DNA from: Sphaerodactylus townsendi
Taxonomy: Eukaryota
Reading direction: 5' to 3'
NCBI RefSeq assembly: GCF_021028975.2
Contig: NC_059439.1
Coordinates: 29,140,001-29,195,367 of the forward strand
Length of the DNA stretch: 55,367 nucleotides
In this document: positions 45,116 through 55,367 of the stretch, piece by piece
Layout of the letters: every line of letters begins with the position of its first letter
Numbering within the stretch: the stretch's first letter is position 1
The notes under the pieces: model-generated
Databases searched by the model: none
Seen by the model: only the letters and a program-made list of their open reading frames with translations
What the model was told of the DNA's origin: nothing
Position numbers and translations under genes: made by a program

Positions 45116-45620
45116 CAGTGATGGTGAACCTTTTTGAGACCGAGTGCCCAAACTGCAACCCAAAACCCACTTATTTATCGCAAAGTGCCAACACGGCAAT
45201 TTAACCCAAATACTGAGGTTTAAGTTTAGAAAAAACGGTTGACTCCAAGGCGCGCATTACTTGGAAGTAAGCTTGGTGGTAGTCGGTGGCTTAGCTTTGA
45301 AGCAACCATGTAACGCTTTGAATGGGTGAATCACAACCCTAGGAGGGTTTAGAAGCAAGCCCCATTGCCAGCAGCCGAGCTTACTCCCAGGTAAAGGATT
45401 GCGCTTTAGTTCTTCCCATGAAAATCAGTGGGGTTTAACAGCACTTAACAGGGTTACCTGCACGTCGTGCCCAGTGGCCCAGGCCAGCCTAGATGTGTGT
45501 GTGGGGGGGGGGGGGGGGGATTTTCCACTCCCACCACATGATGACCTCTGTGCACGCGTGCCCACAGAGAGGGCTTTAAGAGCCACCTCTGGCACCCGTG
45601 CAATAGGTTTGCCACCACTG
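45116..45620. mobile_element. hAT non-autonomous element
   Basis: TIR CAGTGATGGTGAACCT/AGGTTTGCCACCACTG; TSD CTCTATGA/CTCTATGG. Confidence 0.85.
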
Positions 45621-45704
45621 CTCTATGGCATATCCTCTTAAAATCTCTCCCTTCCCCAAACATCACCCTCCTCAGGCTCCACTCCAAAAACCTCAAGGTA
45701 TTTC

Positions 45705-45955
45705 CAGGGGCGTACCACCCAGGGGGACATATGGGGCCAAATGTCCCCGGGGTGCAGGCCCGTGGAGGGCAGAAAATCACCCCCACCCCCTCCTCCTTCC
45801 CCTTGGGTCCATACACTGACTGACTTTTTGCACTGACCTGGTGCAAAAAAAGTTGTTTGGTCATGGTGGGGGAGGGTGGCCACCCACACCCGGGGGGGCG
45901 GGGTCGGAAAACTCAGATTTTGCACCGGGCTACATTTTCCCTAAATACACCTCTG
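45705..45955 (+). mobile_element. hAT MITE (CAGGGGCGTA family)
   Basis: TSD GGTATTTC/GGTATTTT; TIRs. Confidence 0.85.
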
Positions 45956-46296
45956 GGTATTTTCCCTGGAGACAGTGCGTATTGGTGTGTAGACAGCGGT
46001 GTTGTTCCCACAAGCTACTTCTTACAATTTTCGTTTTCCGGCTTTTTTAATTTAGGGGAGGAAAAGATGATTAAGATGGCAGGGATTTATACACTCAAAG
46101 GTTACCCGATTAAATTGCTCGGCAGAATTCGCTTGCAAAATGTATCCTCCCCCCAACCCCAAGTAGAGGTGATGACTATTATCAGTTGTGGCTATTGCTA
46201 GACAAATGAGCGAAAGGGAAAGTCATCCGAGTCTCAGTCCGCCTACCGTCCCTTACCATCTGTCAGCAGCTGTGTCTCAGGCTGGAGTTCCCATAT

Positions 46297-46650
46297 GGTG
46301 GTGGACAGCGCCGTCAAGTCAAAAGCCAGTAGGGCAGTGGTGGCGAACCTTTGGCACTCCAGATGTTATGGACTACAATTCCCATCAGCTCCTGCCAGCA
46401 TGGCCAATTGGCAGGGGCTGATGGGAATTGTAGTCCATAACATCTGGAGTGCCAAAGGTTCGCCACCACGGCGTAGGGTTTTCAAGGCAAGAGAGGAACA
46501 GAGTTGTCTTGCTATTGCCTGCCTCTGTGTAGCAACTCTTCCTTGCTATACAAGGAAGCCTCCCATCCAAGTAGTAACTAAGGCTGACCCTGCTTTAGCT
46601 GCTGAAATCAGACAAGACTAGGTTAGCCTGGCCCATCCAGGTCAGGGCGG
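46297..46650 (-). mobile_element. 5S-derived SINE interrupted by a palindromic hAT MITE (46335-46471)
   Basis: SINE halves flank a near-perfect palindromic MITE; GTAGGG is repeated on both sides. Confidence 0.75.
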
Positions 46651-48734
46651 AGCCTCCATATAACCTCCATAAGACCCTGCTGGAGACTAATAAGAGAAGA
46701 CTGCTTTCAGGCCCCGTGAACGGTCAACGGAAACATAATTTAGGTCTACTCGGTCAATGGTCTGATCCAACCAGGCAATTTTCATTCTAAGACCTGGGAT
46801 GTGCTTCAGCGAGGAACATATGCACCTGGAAATGTCTAGATAATGTACGTGTGTCTCGGCAGCAATGTTCATTTTTCTCAGTGGGTATTTTTACTAGAGA
46901 AAAATGTTTTCAGCCTATTTCAGCAGTAGGTGTTTACCACAGGAGGTATGTGTTTAACGGGTAGGTGTATGCCTTCCTAAACGTACGCTAATCTACTAAC
47001 CCTGCAGCGTCAGACAGTCTTGTGGGTTATTCCTTTCTGTCTCGGTAGCTGAGCCTCTACTTTACCCCCCTGATTCAATCCCTGGTATTTCCAGGTATTT
47101 AGCTGGTATTTCCAGCTAAAAAGGGTGGAACTCTCGTCACTGCGACCAGGACTCTGTGGGATGTTGTCCAGTTCCAGAGGGCCTTTCCTTGAGAGAGCTA
47201 CAGTTCTACCATCTTGACTGGCCTGCCACCCCTCTTTCTCCCCTTTCAATTGAATAGGATAGGTTCTGGAAGGGTGGGAAACTCTGTTTTTAGCTTGGTT
47301 TGTCTTGATTACGTGAACACTCTCCCCTGGAAAACTTAGGAATGTTGCTAGCGCCAAAGCTTTTAAAATTCTATCTTAGGCATTGGATTTTATCTGTTAT
47401 TGGGCTGAACTGTATGGTATTGTATTGTTTGTGTGTGAGAGCCGGGCCTTTGGCTGGGCTCAAATAAAAGTAAGGGGTCAAGCACCAGCTGATGTGAAAG
47501 GCACACACACACACACACCCCGGATCTTGGAGGGATGCTGCCAGTCAGAATGGACAATATTGACTTTGATGGACCAAAGATCTGACCAATTACTATTAAG
47601 CAATTTTCCTGGGCTCATGTAAAATATACACAGGATATTTGACTGCCAGCAGGAAGACTATAGAGAGTTTTAAGAGATTTGAAAGTGGCTTGAGGGATGC
47701 TTAATTTTAATCTTATCATAATCCTTTATTGCCTCTGGTCAAACAGGTATCGTAGGTTTGAAAAGAATATGAAAACCTCTAGAACCTGTTTTGCAGAGGC
47801 AACCTTACGATAAGCGAACAGCCGTCCCTCCTTTGAACTGCCACCGACTTTCTGCGTAATGAAACATTGCATTCTTCCCACGGCATCCCGGCCACCCTGC
47901 CGCATTTAACCTCTAAATCCTATCCTACTCTCCTCAGCGAGTCTGATGTAACGTTTCTCCTACGAAGGAACTCACAAGGGAAGGAACGCCTATCAAAAAA
48001 AAGTTACGTGAGAATGAAGAAAACCCACAGGGGATCTCTGGGACAGATTGGTGAGCAAATGTGAGCAGAAATCCAGTTTCCTGCTCATGAATTTTTCTTG
48101 CCATTTCGCTCGAAATTGGATTTACGACGTAAGAGGCTCTGTTCTCCGACTGCCTTCTATTAATGGATCTGACCTGCAACATTTATGTGGCTTTCTCATC
48201 CTGATGTAATTTTTCCTATGCGCCTCTTGGCCCTCCCTCCCAAAACGTTATTCCGTGGGGGGGAAACGTACATTGGGACCCTGGAGTTTGGGTTTCCTAC
48301 CCTTTGGGGGTCTGTTCCGCCCTCCCTTCCGCACACCCACTCGGACAACCCAGGAGTCCTCCTTTCAGCCCCCACTTATTTCCCGAATTGAGAACAGATC
48401 TCTCTCATTAGAGGCAGCTGGAACTCTGGCGTTGGACATTTCCATTCTCTCGCATCTATTTTTTCTCCCTTTCTTCCTCGTTCCCTTGTTCCCTGCCAGC
48501 AAAAGTCGAAGGAACGTCATGAATAGAGAAGGGGTTCCTTTGTTGCTCTTGAGCTGTTCCGCTTTCCCGCTGCTGCCGCTGGAAGGGCCCTGCCAAAAAA
48601 AAACGCTCCCCCACTTCATTCCTTTCTGTTGAAACTTCCCGACCCTAATTCGTTGAATGGGCCAGAAGAAGTGGAATAGGTGGAGGAGGAGGAGGAGGAG
48701 GGAGGGACCCAGACAGCTGGAAGACAGAAGTAGC

Positions 48735-49339
48735 TGCCAGCATCGTGGTTGAGAACAGTGGACTCCAATCTGGAGAACTGGGTTCGATTCCCCACTCCTC
48801 CACGAGAGCGGAGGGCTTTTATCTGGTGAACTGGATGTGTTTCCCCGCTCCTACACATGAAGCCTGCTAGGTGACCATGGGCTAGTCAGAGTTCTTTCAA
48901 GAACACTCTCAGCCCCACCAACCTCTCAAAAGGCCTGTTGTGGGAAGAAGGGAAAGCACTCGAGGTCAGCCACCTTGAGTCTCCTTACGGGAGAGATTGC
49001 TATGGGAAATAGTTAACCATCTTTTCCTGTGTGAGAGCCAGCGTAGTGTAGTGGATAAGAGCAGGTGGATTCTAATCTGGAGAACCGGGTTAGATTCCCC
49101 GCTCCTCCACCTGAGTGGCAGAGGCTTATCTGGTGAACCAGAAGTGTTTCCACACTCCTACATTCCTGCTGGGTGACCTTGGGCTAGGCCCTGTCCTCTC
49201 AGAACTCTCTCAGCCCCACCTACCTCACAAGGTGTCTGTTGTGGGGAGAGGAAGGGAAAGGAGCTTTTAAGCTGCCTTGAGTCTCCCTACAGGAGAGAAA
49301 GGTGGGATATAAATCCAAACTCTTCTCTTCTTCTTCCTC
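48735..49339 (+). mobile_element. two tandem Squam3-like SINEs (48735-48994, 49033-49339)
   Basis: Two tRNA heads and bodies in the same orientation. Confidence 0.82.
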
Positions 49340-49837
49340 CACTCCAGAGGAAGCTACCCATGCAAGAAAAAGGCTAGACGTCCTCATCCCAGCCTTGAAA
49401 CAGGAAGGCCTCCTGCCACCCACCTGGGGTAAAGAACTGGTCCTCAAGCCCAGCAATGGTGCTCTGGATTTTAGGACATTATTTAATTTTATTTATATCC
49501 CGCTTTCCTCCCTGATCAGGGGCAGGGGACCCAAAGCTCTCCTCCATTAAATCCCCTCACAGCAATCAACCTGGTCACTCAGCAGGCTTCCGTAGCCGAG
49601 CCGGGGATTCAAAGCCGGTCCTCCCAAGTTTTGACACTGTAACCACTAGGCCACACCAGTCCCTTGAGAGAGTGGGGGAAGAAAGGCTTGAGATGGGGAC
49701 AGCAACTGTGGGAGCTGTATATAAAGTGACTCCTCTCCCGGATTGTCCCGCTGTCCGCCCTAATCAACCATCCCAGTTTGTGCATTCAAATTTCAGAACC
49801 AAAACATGCGGTCGCTTCAATTATGACCAGTATTTAA

Positions 49838-50077
49838 CAGGGGCGTACCGCCCTGGGGGACATACGAGGGCAAATGGCCCTGGGCTGTGGCAATTGTAGT
49901 CACATGGGGGGGGGGAATCACCCCCGCACTCCTCCTTTTCCCCAGGTCCATACACTGACTTCAAGACCTGGTGCAAAAAAATGTCGTTTGGCTGTGGTGA
50001 GGGAGGGCGGCCACCCATATGGGGGAGGTGGGACTCAGATTTTGCACCGGGCTACATTTTCCCTAGATACGCCCCTG
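49838..50077 (+). mobile_element. hAT MITE (CAGGGGCGTA family)
   Basis: TIR CAGGGGCGTA/TACGCCCCTG. Confidence 0.8.
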
Positions 50078-50617
50078 CCCCCTCCGGCCCAAACAAAGGC
50101 ATATTTTCCTGCACTGAACTACTACATTCCAAGTTACCAAACTGCAGTGGGTTGTGGATCCTGCAGCAGGCATTTGCCCCCTTTTCAAGCAGGCCGAATT
50201 GTTCCCCAGTAGCACCTGAAGCACCGATCAGAGCGGTCTGCCCTTTTTCTCTGAATCAAAATGCTAATGTCGGAGCTTTGGGCACCTCTAGCATTCAGGG
50301 CCCTGCCTCAGTTTAAGAGATCAGAACCAATCCCTCAGCTGATGAGCGCATTCTTGAACATGCACAGGTTTTAAGGAGCAAATTGCAGTCTGAGACCAAA
50401 ACTGAGAAAAAGAGAAGGGACGTTTCCCTTCTGATCTGTCAATCATGAAGAATCACTCGCAAGTAAGGTACTTCCTCAGACTCAGGAGGATCAAAAGTGA
50501 CAGGGCCATGAGATATTGTTTGGGGCAGGGATGGGTGGAACTGTGTGTTGCCCCATGGAGAAGACACAGGGTCCTGCGCAAGTGCCAGGGTAGACCACAA
50601 GGGGGTACAAGAGTGGT

Positions 50618-50892
50618 TCAGGTGGATTCCAATCTGGAGAACCGGGTTTGATTTCCCACTCCTCCACCTGAGTGACAGAGACTTATCTGGTGAACCAGAT
50701 GTGCTTCCGCACTCCTACGTTCCTGCTGGGTGACCTTGGGCTAGTCACAGTCCTCTCAGAACTCTCTCAGCCCCACCTACCTCACAAGGTGTCTGCTGTG
50801 GGGAGAGGAAGGGAAAGGAGATCATAAGCCTCCTTGAGTCTCCTTACAGGAGAGAAAAGTGAGATATAAATCCAAACTACTCCTCCTCTTCT
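50618..50892 (+). mobile_element. tRNA-derived SINE (Squam3-like), 5'-clipped
   Basis: Body and tail match the other copies. Confidence 0.82.
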
Positions 50893-51289
50893 CTGCTTGT
50901 TTGAACTCACCTTAGGAAATTCTTCTACGGCTTTCCAGGTCCTGGTGCATCGTGAAGAATAGTTGAGGCAGCTCAAGTGGGTTACTGGGTGCAGAAAAAT
51001 TGACCTTCAAAGTCAAGACTGCCCTGGTGGAGGAGGGTTCCATGGCACACACCATCAGCAGGAAGCAATGTTTACCACCCCAGATTTGAATGGCCAGAGA
51101 TGGTGTGCCCTGGCACCTCCCCACATGGGCCATGGCTCAGATGCCTCAATTAAACACTGTACAGGACTCTAGGAGTGGTGGCATCCCCTTTTTTTCCTGT
51201 CCTCAGCTTGAATGGGTCATGCTGACTCTAGCAAGACTGGGGGAATGGGAGGTGGTTCTGCTTGTTGACACCCCGTTCCTCTCCCTTTT

Positions 51290-51865
51290 GAAAGGTAAAG
51301 GCAGTCCCCTGTGTAAGCACCAGCGTGGTGTAGTGGTTAAGAGCAGGTGCTCTCTAATCTGGAGAACCGGGTTTGATTCCCCGCTCTGCCACTTGAGCTG
51401 TGGAGGCTTATCTGGGGAACCAGATTAGCATGCGCACTTCCAACACATGCCAGCTGGGTGACCTTGGGCTAGTCACAGTTCTTCGGAGCTCTCTCAGTCC
51501 CACCCACCTCAGAGGGTGTTTGTTGTAAAGGGAGGGGGAAAGGAGATTGTAAGCCCCTGGGGGGGACATAAATCCAAACTCCTCCTCCTCTTCTAGTTCT
51601 TCTTCTTCTTTGTTGCCCTATGGGGTGACATTACAGCACCATATTTATTAAGCAGATTGTGTTTATGGGGTGGTTTGCCATTGCTTTCTGCAGTCATCTA
51701 CACTTTGCTTCCAGCAAGTTGGGTACTTATTCTCCCAACCTTGTAAGGAAGGACGGCTGAGTCAAGAACCAGCTGGCTCCCTGAAACAACTTCCGCCGGG
51801 ATCGAACTCAGGTTGTGTGCAGAGCTTGGACCGCAGTACTGCAGCTTATCACTCTGCGCCATGGA
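51290..51865 (-). mobile_element. Sauria-SINE-like element split by a Squam3-like SINE (51319-51610, plus strand)
   Basis: (ACCTTT)n tail (aaaggtaaaggc on plus, 51291) and tRNA head (gggatcgaactc...ctgcgccatgg) lie on either side of the inserted SINE. Confidence 0.7.
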
Positions 51866-52109
51866 ACTCCTCCCTCTTTAGGATGCCATTAAGCGGTTGG
51901 GAAACAGGCAGAGAGGTGGTCTATGGGAACAGTCTAGGGATGGCTGTATTGACCGCTCTAGTTGGCTATTGAAAGAGCCATATTTCTCCAACCGAGCCAG
52001 GGAACCAGAAAGCTTTGTTATGAGCTTCCCCTGGGATACCCCATCATGGCCCAATCAGATTCCTTGGAGCAGGGTGGGTTATACACATACACGTAAAGCA
52101 CCCCCTGCC

Positions 52110-52290
52110 TCATGAACAGATGAAGCTGCCTTAAACTGAGCCAGACCTTTGCTCTATCAAGGTCAATACTGTCTACTCAGACTGGCTCTCCGGCAGAGAT
52201 TTTCCACATCACCTTTTAACAGGAGCCGCTGGGGATTGAACCTGTGGTCTTCCGCATGCCATGAAGATGTGCTGCAAGGAGCCACAGCCC
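52110..52290 (-). mobile_element. degenerate tRNA-derived SINE with CR1-like tail
   Basis: B-box-like ggttcaatcccc on minus; tail ...aggcagcttcat. Confidence 0.55.
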
Positions 52291-52495
52291 TTCCCAACTG
52301 CAATGGGCAAAGGACTGGACTTCAAGCAGGATTCTTTTAATCCGGTACAGGCAGACCTGCCCTTATTCACAGTGGCTCAAACCCTCCCTTTGAAGACCAC
52401 TTCCAACGGAGACTCTTCTTCTTCTTCTTCTTCTTCTTGTCCCACTAATGCACGGAGACCTTCCTTTCTTCTTCTTCCTAGCGTTGTTTCACTTG

Positions 52496-52626
52496 CCGTG
52501 GTGGCAAATCTTTGGCACTCCAGATGTTATGGACTACAATTCCCAGCACCCAATTGGCCATGCTGGCAGGGGCTGATGGGAATTGTAGTCCATAACATCT
52601 GGAGTGCCAAAGGTTCGCCACCACTG
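52496..52626. mobile_element. palindromic hAT MITE
   Basis: Same family as 46335-46471. Confidence 0.82.
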
Positions 52627-52899
52627 AATGGAGACCTTCCTTTACAGCCCACAAAAGTCCCGATGGCCAATGGCCCCTGCAGCGCCCTCTATCCCCTCCC
52701 CAGGTGTACTACCACCACACTTTCCATGCTCACACACACTCTCTGCCCTGCTTAGCTTGCCAGCCTGGCTGCGCCTTCGGCCTTGTGATCCTTCAGGGGA
52801 CTTCCCTTGCGAGTTTTGCTGGCCTTGGGCTAGCCCTTCACAGCGCCTGCCCTGCTTTGCAAATAACCTCTTTGGCCATACCGAACATCTTTTTTTCAC

Positions 52900-55130
52900 G
52901 TCAGGGAAGAGGTTAGCCCGGTCCCCTTCCGCCCCCCCCCCCCCCAATCTCTCTCTGCAACCGGGCTTGCACGTTTGTTTTTTGCTGAGCCATGGGCATC
53001 CAGATTCACATGCATCCCCCCCCCCTCCCTTTCCAAACCTCTTCCTCTTCGGGCCTCTCATTGTCTGTATGACTACCTGGCAAGGCGGTGGGGGCAGGCA
53101 ATGTGGATTTTGCAGCCGAGGCGACCAAACTTCCACCTTCTCTCTCTGCAGCAACCTCCCCCTTTTTTTTGCACGGCGGCGGGGGGGGGGGGGCTATCCC
53201 ATTCCGCACCGCACCTTTCCTCCCTTCGGCCCCTTCTAGAACCGGTTCCCCAAGACGGACCGCCCCCCTCCCGGATTTCTGCGCGTGCATTGCAACCCCC
53301 CCCCCCTCCCCGGGTCTGAAAGGCACATGCCGGCTCGGCCCCCCAGCGCCCAGGACTGCAGCGCCGCGTTGCTCGGGCTCCCGCTTGCCGCCCAGCCTCT
53401 GCTGCTGTCGGCGGTGCTGCTGCTGCTGCTGCTGCTGTGGCGGGCTTGGTGCTGAATGCTAATGACCCGCCGGGGTGGGTGCGCGTGTGCGCGCGGGCAG
53501 CTCTCCCTTGCGCGCGAGGGGAAGGGAGCAGGCGACGTGGTCCGGGCTGCGTTGCATTGCAAGCAGCAAAATATAGCAGCCCCCCCCCTCCCGCACCCCC
53601 CCCCCCTCTTGCACGGTTGCACCGCCGGGTGGTTTTTAGAAAGGTGACCCGGGAAGGGGGGGTGGAGGAAACGCGGAAGAAGGGCTTTTTTTTTTTTTAA
53701 AATAGAAATAAATAACTGGGCTCTCTGGAAGCGCTGCTGCAGAGATTCCCGGGCTCCAGGCCCCGGGGAAAGGCTGCTTGCAATTGCAAGAGACTTTGCC
53801 TTGTGTGCCCCCCCCCCCCCTCTCTGTTGCAGGCGACCAGCCGCCCGCCCCGACGCCGGTTTCTGCTGTAACTTTGGGATGCAACATGTGTAACGCGGAA
53901 GCCTGCAACAACCTTGAGCGGAGACAGGCGCGGAGGGGGGAGAGAAGGCGGAGGGGGGGTCCCGAGCGGTGAATAAAGATCGGGAAGAAATTTCGGGGTG
54001 GGGGGGGAAGAGAGGGGGGGCGGGAAGATGCCGCTCCCGCGGCTGGTCGGATTCCGCGTCCCTTTGATTCCCCGCAGGAGAAGCGATTGAGAGAGAGAGA
54101 GAGAGAGAAATAGGAAAAAAAATTTTTTTTGCACGTGAAAAAAAAACCCCAAGGAGGAAAAAAATTCTCTCTTTCCAGAGGCGGAGAACAATTTTGCTGC
54201 CCTTCACATCCTGGGTCCTTCTTTCCTCGGGAGTTGTCATGAATAGGTAAGACCCGCTCTTCTTTTTAAAAGGCATTTTTGTGTGTGTGTGTGTCCCCAC
54301 CCGCCCCAACCTCAAGCCGTCCGGGGTTTTGTGATGCAGGAGATCAGGCGGGGGGGTTGTGGCTTGGAATAAGGGGAGGGGGCTGTTGCTTCCTACCCGC
54401 GGCTTAAAACGTGGAAATTGGGGAGGGGGGGGGTGCGTACGGGAAGCGAAGGTCTTGCCGCCCTCCGCCCCTTGTATTGATGATACGGTGGGATTAATGC
54501 GTGGCTGACCCTGGAGGGGGGGGGGGGCAGTTTGGACCAATTTGCCCCGTGGTTTTTTTTAATGCCTTGGGGGGAGGCACACTTAGGCCGGAGTTGAGCT
54601 TTCCAAAGGGGCTGGGTTTGCAGGGGAAAAGAAGGCATCCCCCCCCCCCTCAATTTCTCCCTTCCGCCGGCGCGCGTGTGTGCGTGTGTGTGTGTGTGTG
54701 TGGCTGCGAACCCTCACGCGCGGTTTGTTTGTGGCATTGATCCTGCAAGGCTGCAAGAGTGATGCAAAAAGGTGATTTTGGGGGGGTTGTTGTTCCTTGC
54801 ACCCCCCCTCCCCAAATTCATTTGCAACCGCAAACGGGGCTCAGGGACGGGTGGGGGGGGGGGGGGGGGGGGGCTGCAGACTCGGATGCAGCGCCGGGCT
54901 TTTGATTCCTGGGGGAGGCTGGATTTCCCACCCACCCCCAACCCCATTGAAGGGCATCTCTGTCTTGTTCGAGGAGGGACACCGCCAAAGACCCCCGCGG
55001 GGGTGGGGGGGGGGCTTCTGGAGGGGGGATGTGGCCGAGCCGTCTGGGTGAGAAGAGAGGGACGGGACCCGGCGTCGGGGTTGGAGGGAGGCGAGGGCCG
55101 ATTCTGGGGGCCCCTCTGGGAGTAGTGCGG
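52900..55130 (+). promoter_or_regulatory. CpG island; probable promoter / non-coding first exon of the next gene (GRIN2D by synteny)
   Basis: Strong GC/CpG enrichment, free of transposons, (CTG)n tract 53415-53437, possible donor GG|GTGGGT ~53475. Gene identity inferred only from recalled synteny. Confidence 0.55.
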
Positions 55131-55134
55131 TCTC

Positions 55135-55367
55135 CCCCCCCCCCCCTGGGGGGGGGGGGGGGGGGGGGGGTGGGGGGGGGGGGAGGGGGGGGGGGGGGGG
55201 CCCCGCCGTGGGGGGGGGGGGGGGGCGCGCGGGCCGGGGTGTGCGGGGGGGGGGCTGGGTGGGGGGGGGGGTGGAGAAGGGGTGGGGGTGGGGGGGTGGG
55301 GGGATGGGGGGGGGGGGGCGGTGGTGGGGGGGGGGGGTGGGGGGGGGGGGCGGGGGGGGGGGGGATG
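55135..55367. repeat. poly-G low-complexity end
   Basis: Nearly pure G runs up to the window end. Confidence 0.9.

Noticed and set aside
53236-54540. 434-aa ORF on minus and overlapping long ORFs at 52261-53460
   Set aside because: Low-complexity translation of a GC-rich CpG island with homopolymer runs; no recognisable domain; stop codons are rare at this GC content.
55135-55367. Poly-G region as a G-quadruplex array
   Set aside because: Near-homopolymeric sequence at the window end is more likely low-quality or assembly artefact; cannot be interpreted.

Overview
This is eukaryotic (vertebrate) genomic DNA, not prokaryotic. The SINE/LINE/MITE repertoire points to a squamate reptile, probably a gecko (inference). 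Three spliced protein-coding genes can be reconstructed exon by exon: TMEM143 (minus, 7 coding exons, 3752-12440, ~412 aa, one GC-AG intron), SYNGR4 (plus, 4 coding exons, 18341-28837, 229 aa) and KDELR1 (minus, 5 exons, 32766-38775, 212 aa). TMEM143 and SYNGR4 share a head-to-head CpG-rich promoter with three NRF1 motifs. A CpG island at ~53-55 kb sits where GRIN2D begins in the known TMEM143-SYNGR4-KDELR1-GRIN2D synteny block, but no GRIN2D coding sequence is visible. The rest is dense in repeats: ~17 tRNA-derived Squam3-like SINEs, 5S-derived and Sauria-like SINEs, CR1/L2/Rex1-Babar/Penelope fragments, hAT, Harbinger and Tigger MITEs with checkable TIRs/TSDs, and a decayed Mutator (MULE) transposon containing a tailless U1 snRNA retro-copy. 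Almost all ORFs in the supplied track are spurious or repeat-derived. I found no evidence of a new multi-gene system. The most interesting signals are the U1 retro-copy inside a MULE fossil, the GC donor, MITE-borne ZNF143 motifs, and inverted repeats flanking exons. Gene and repeat-family names rest on recalled homology, not on a database search, and SINE/LINE boundaries are approximate.
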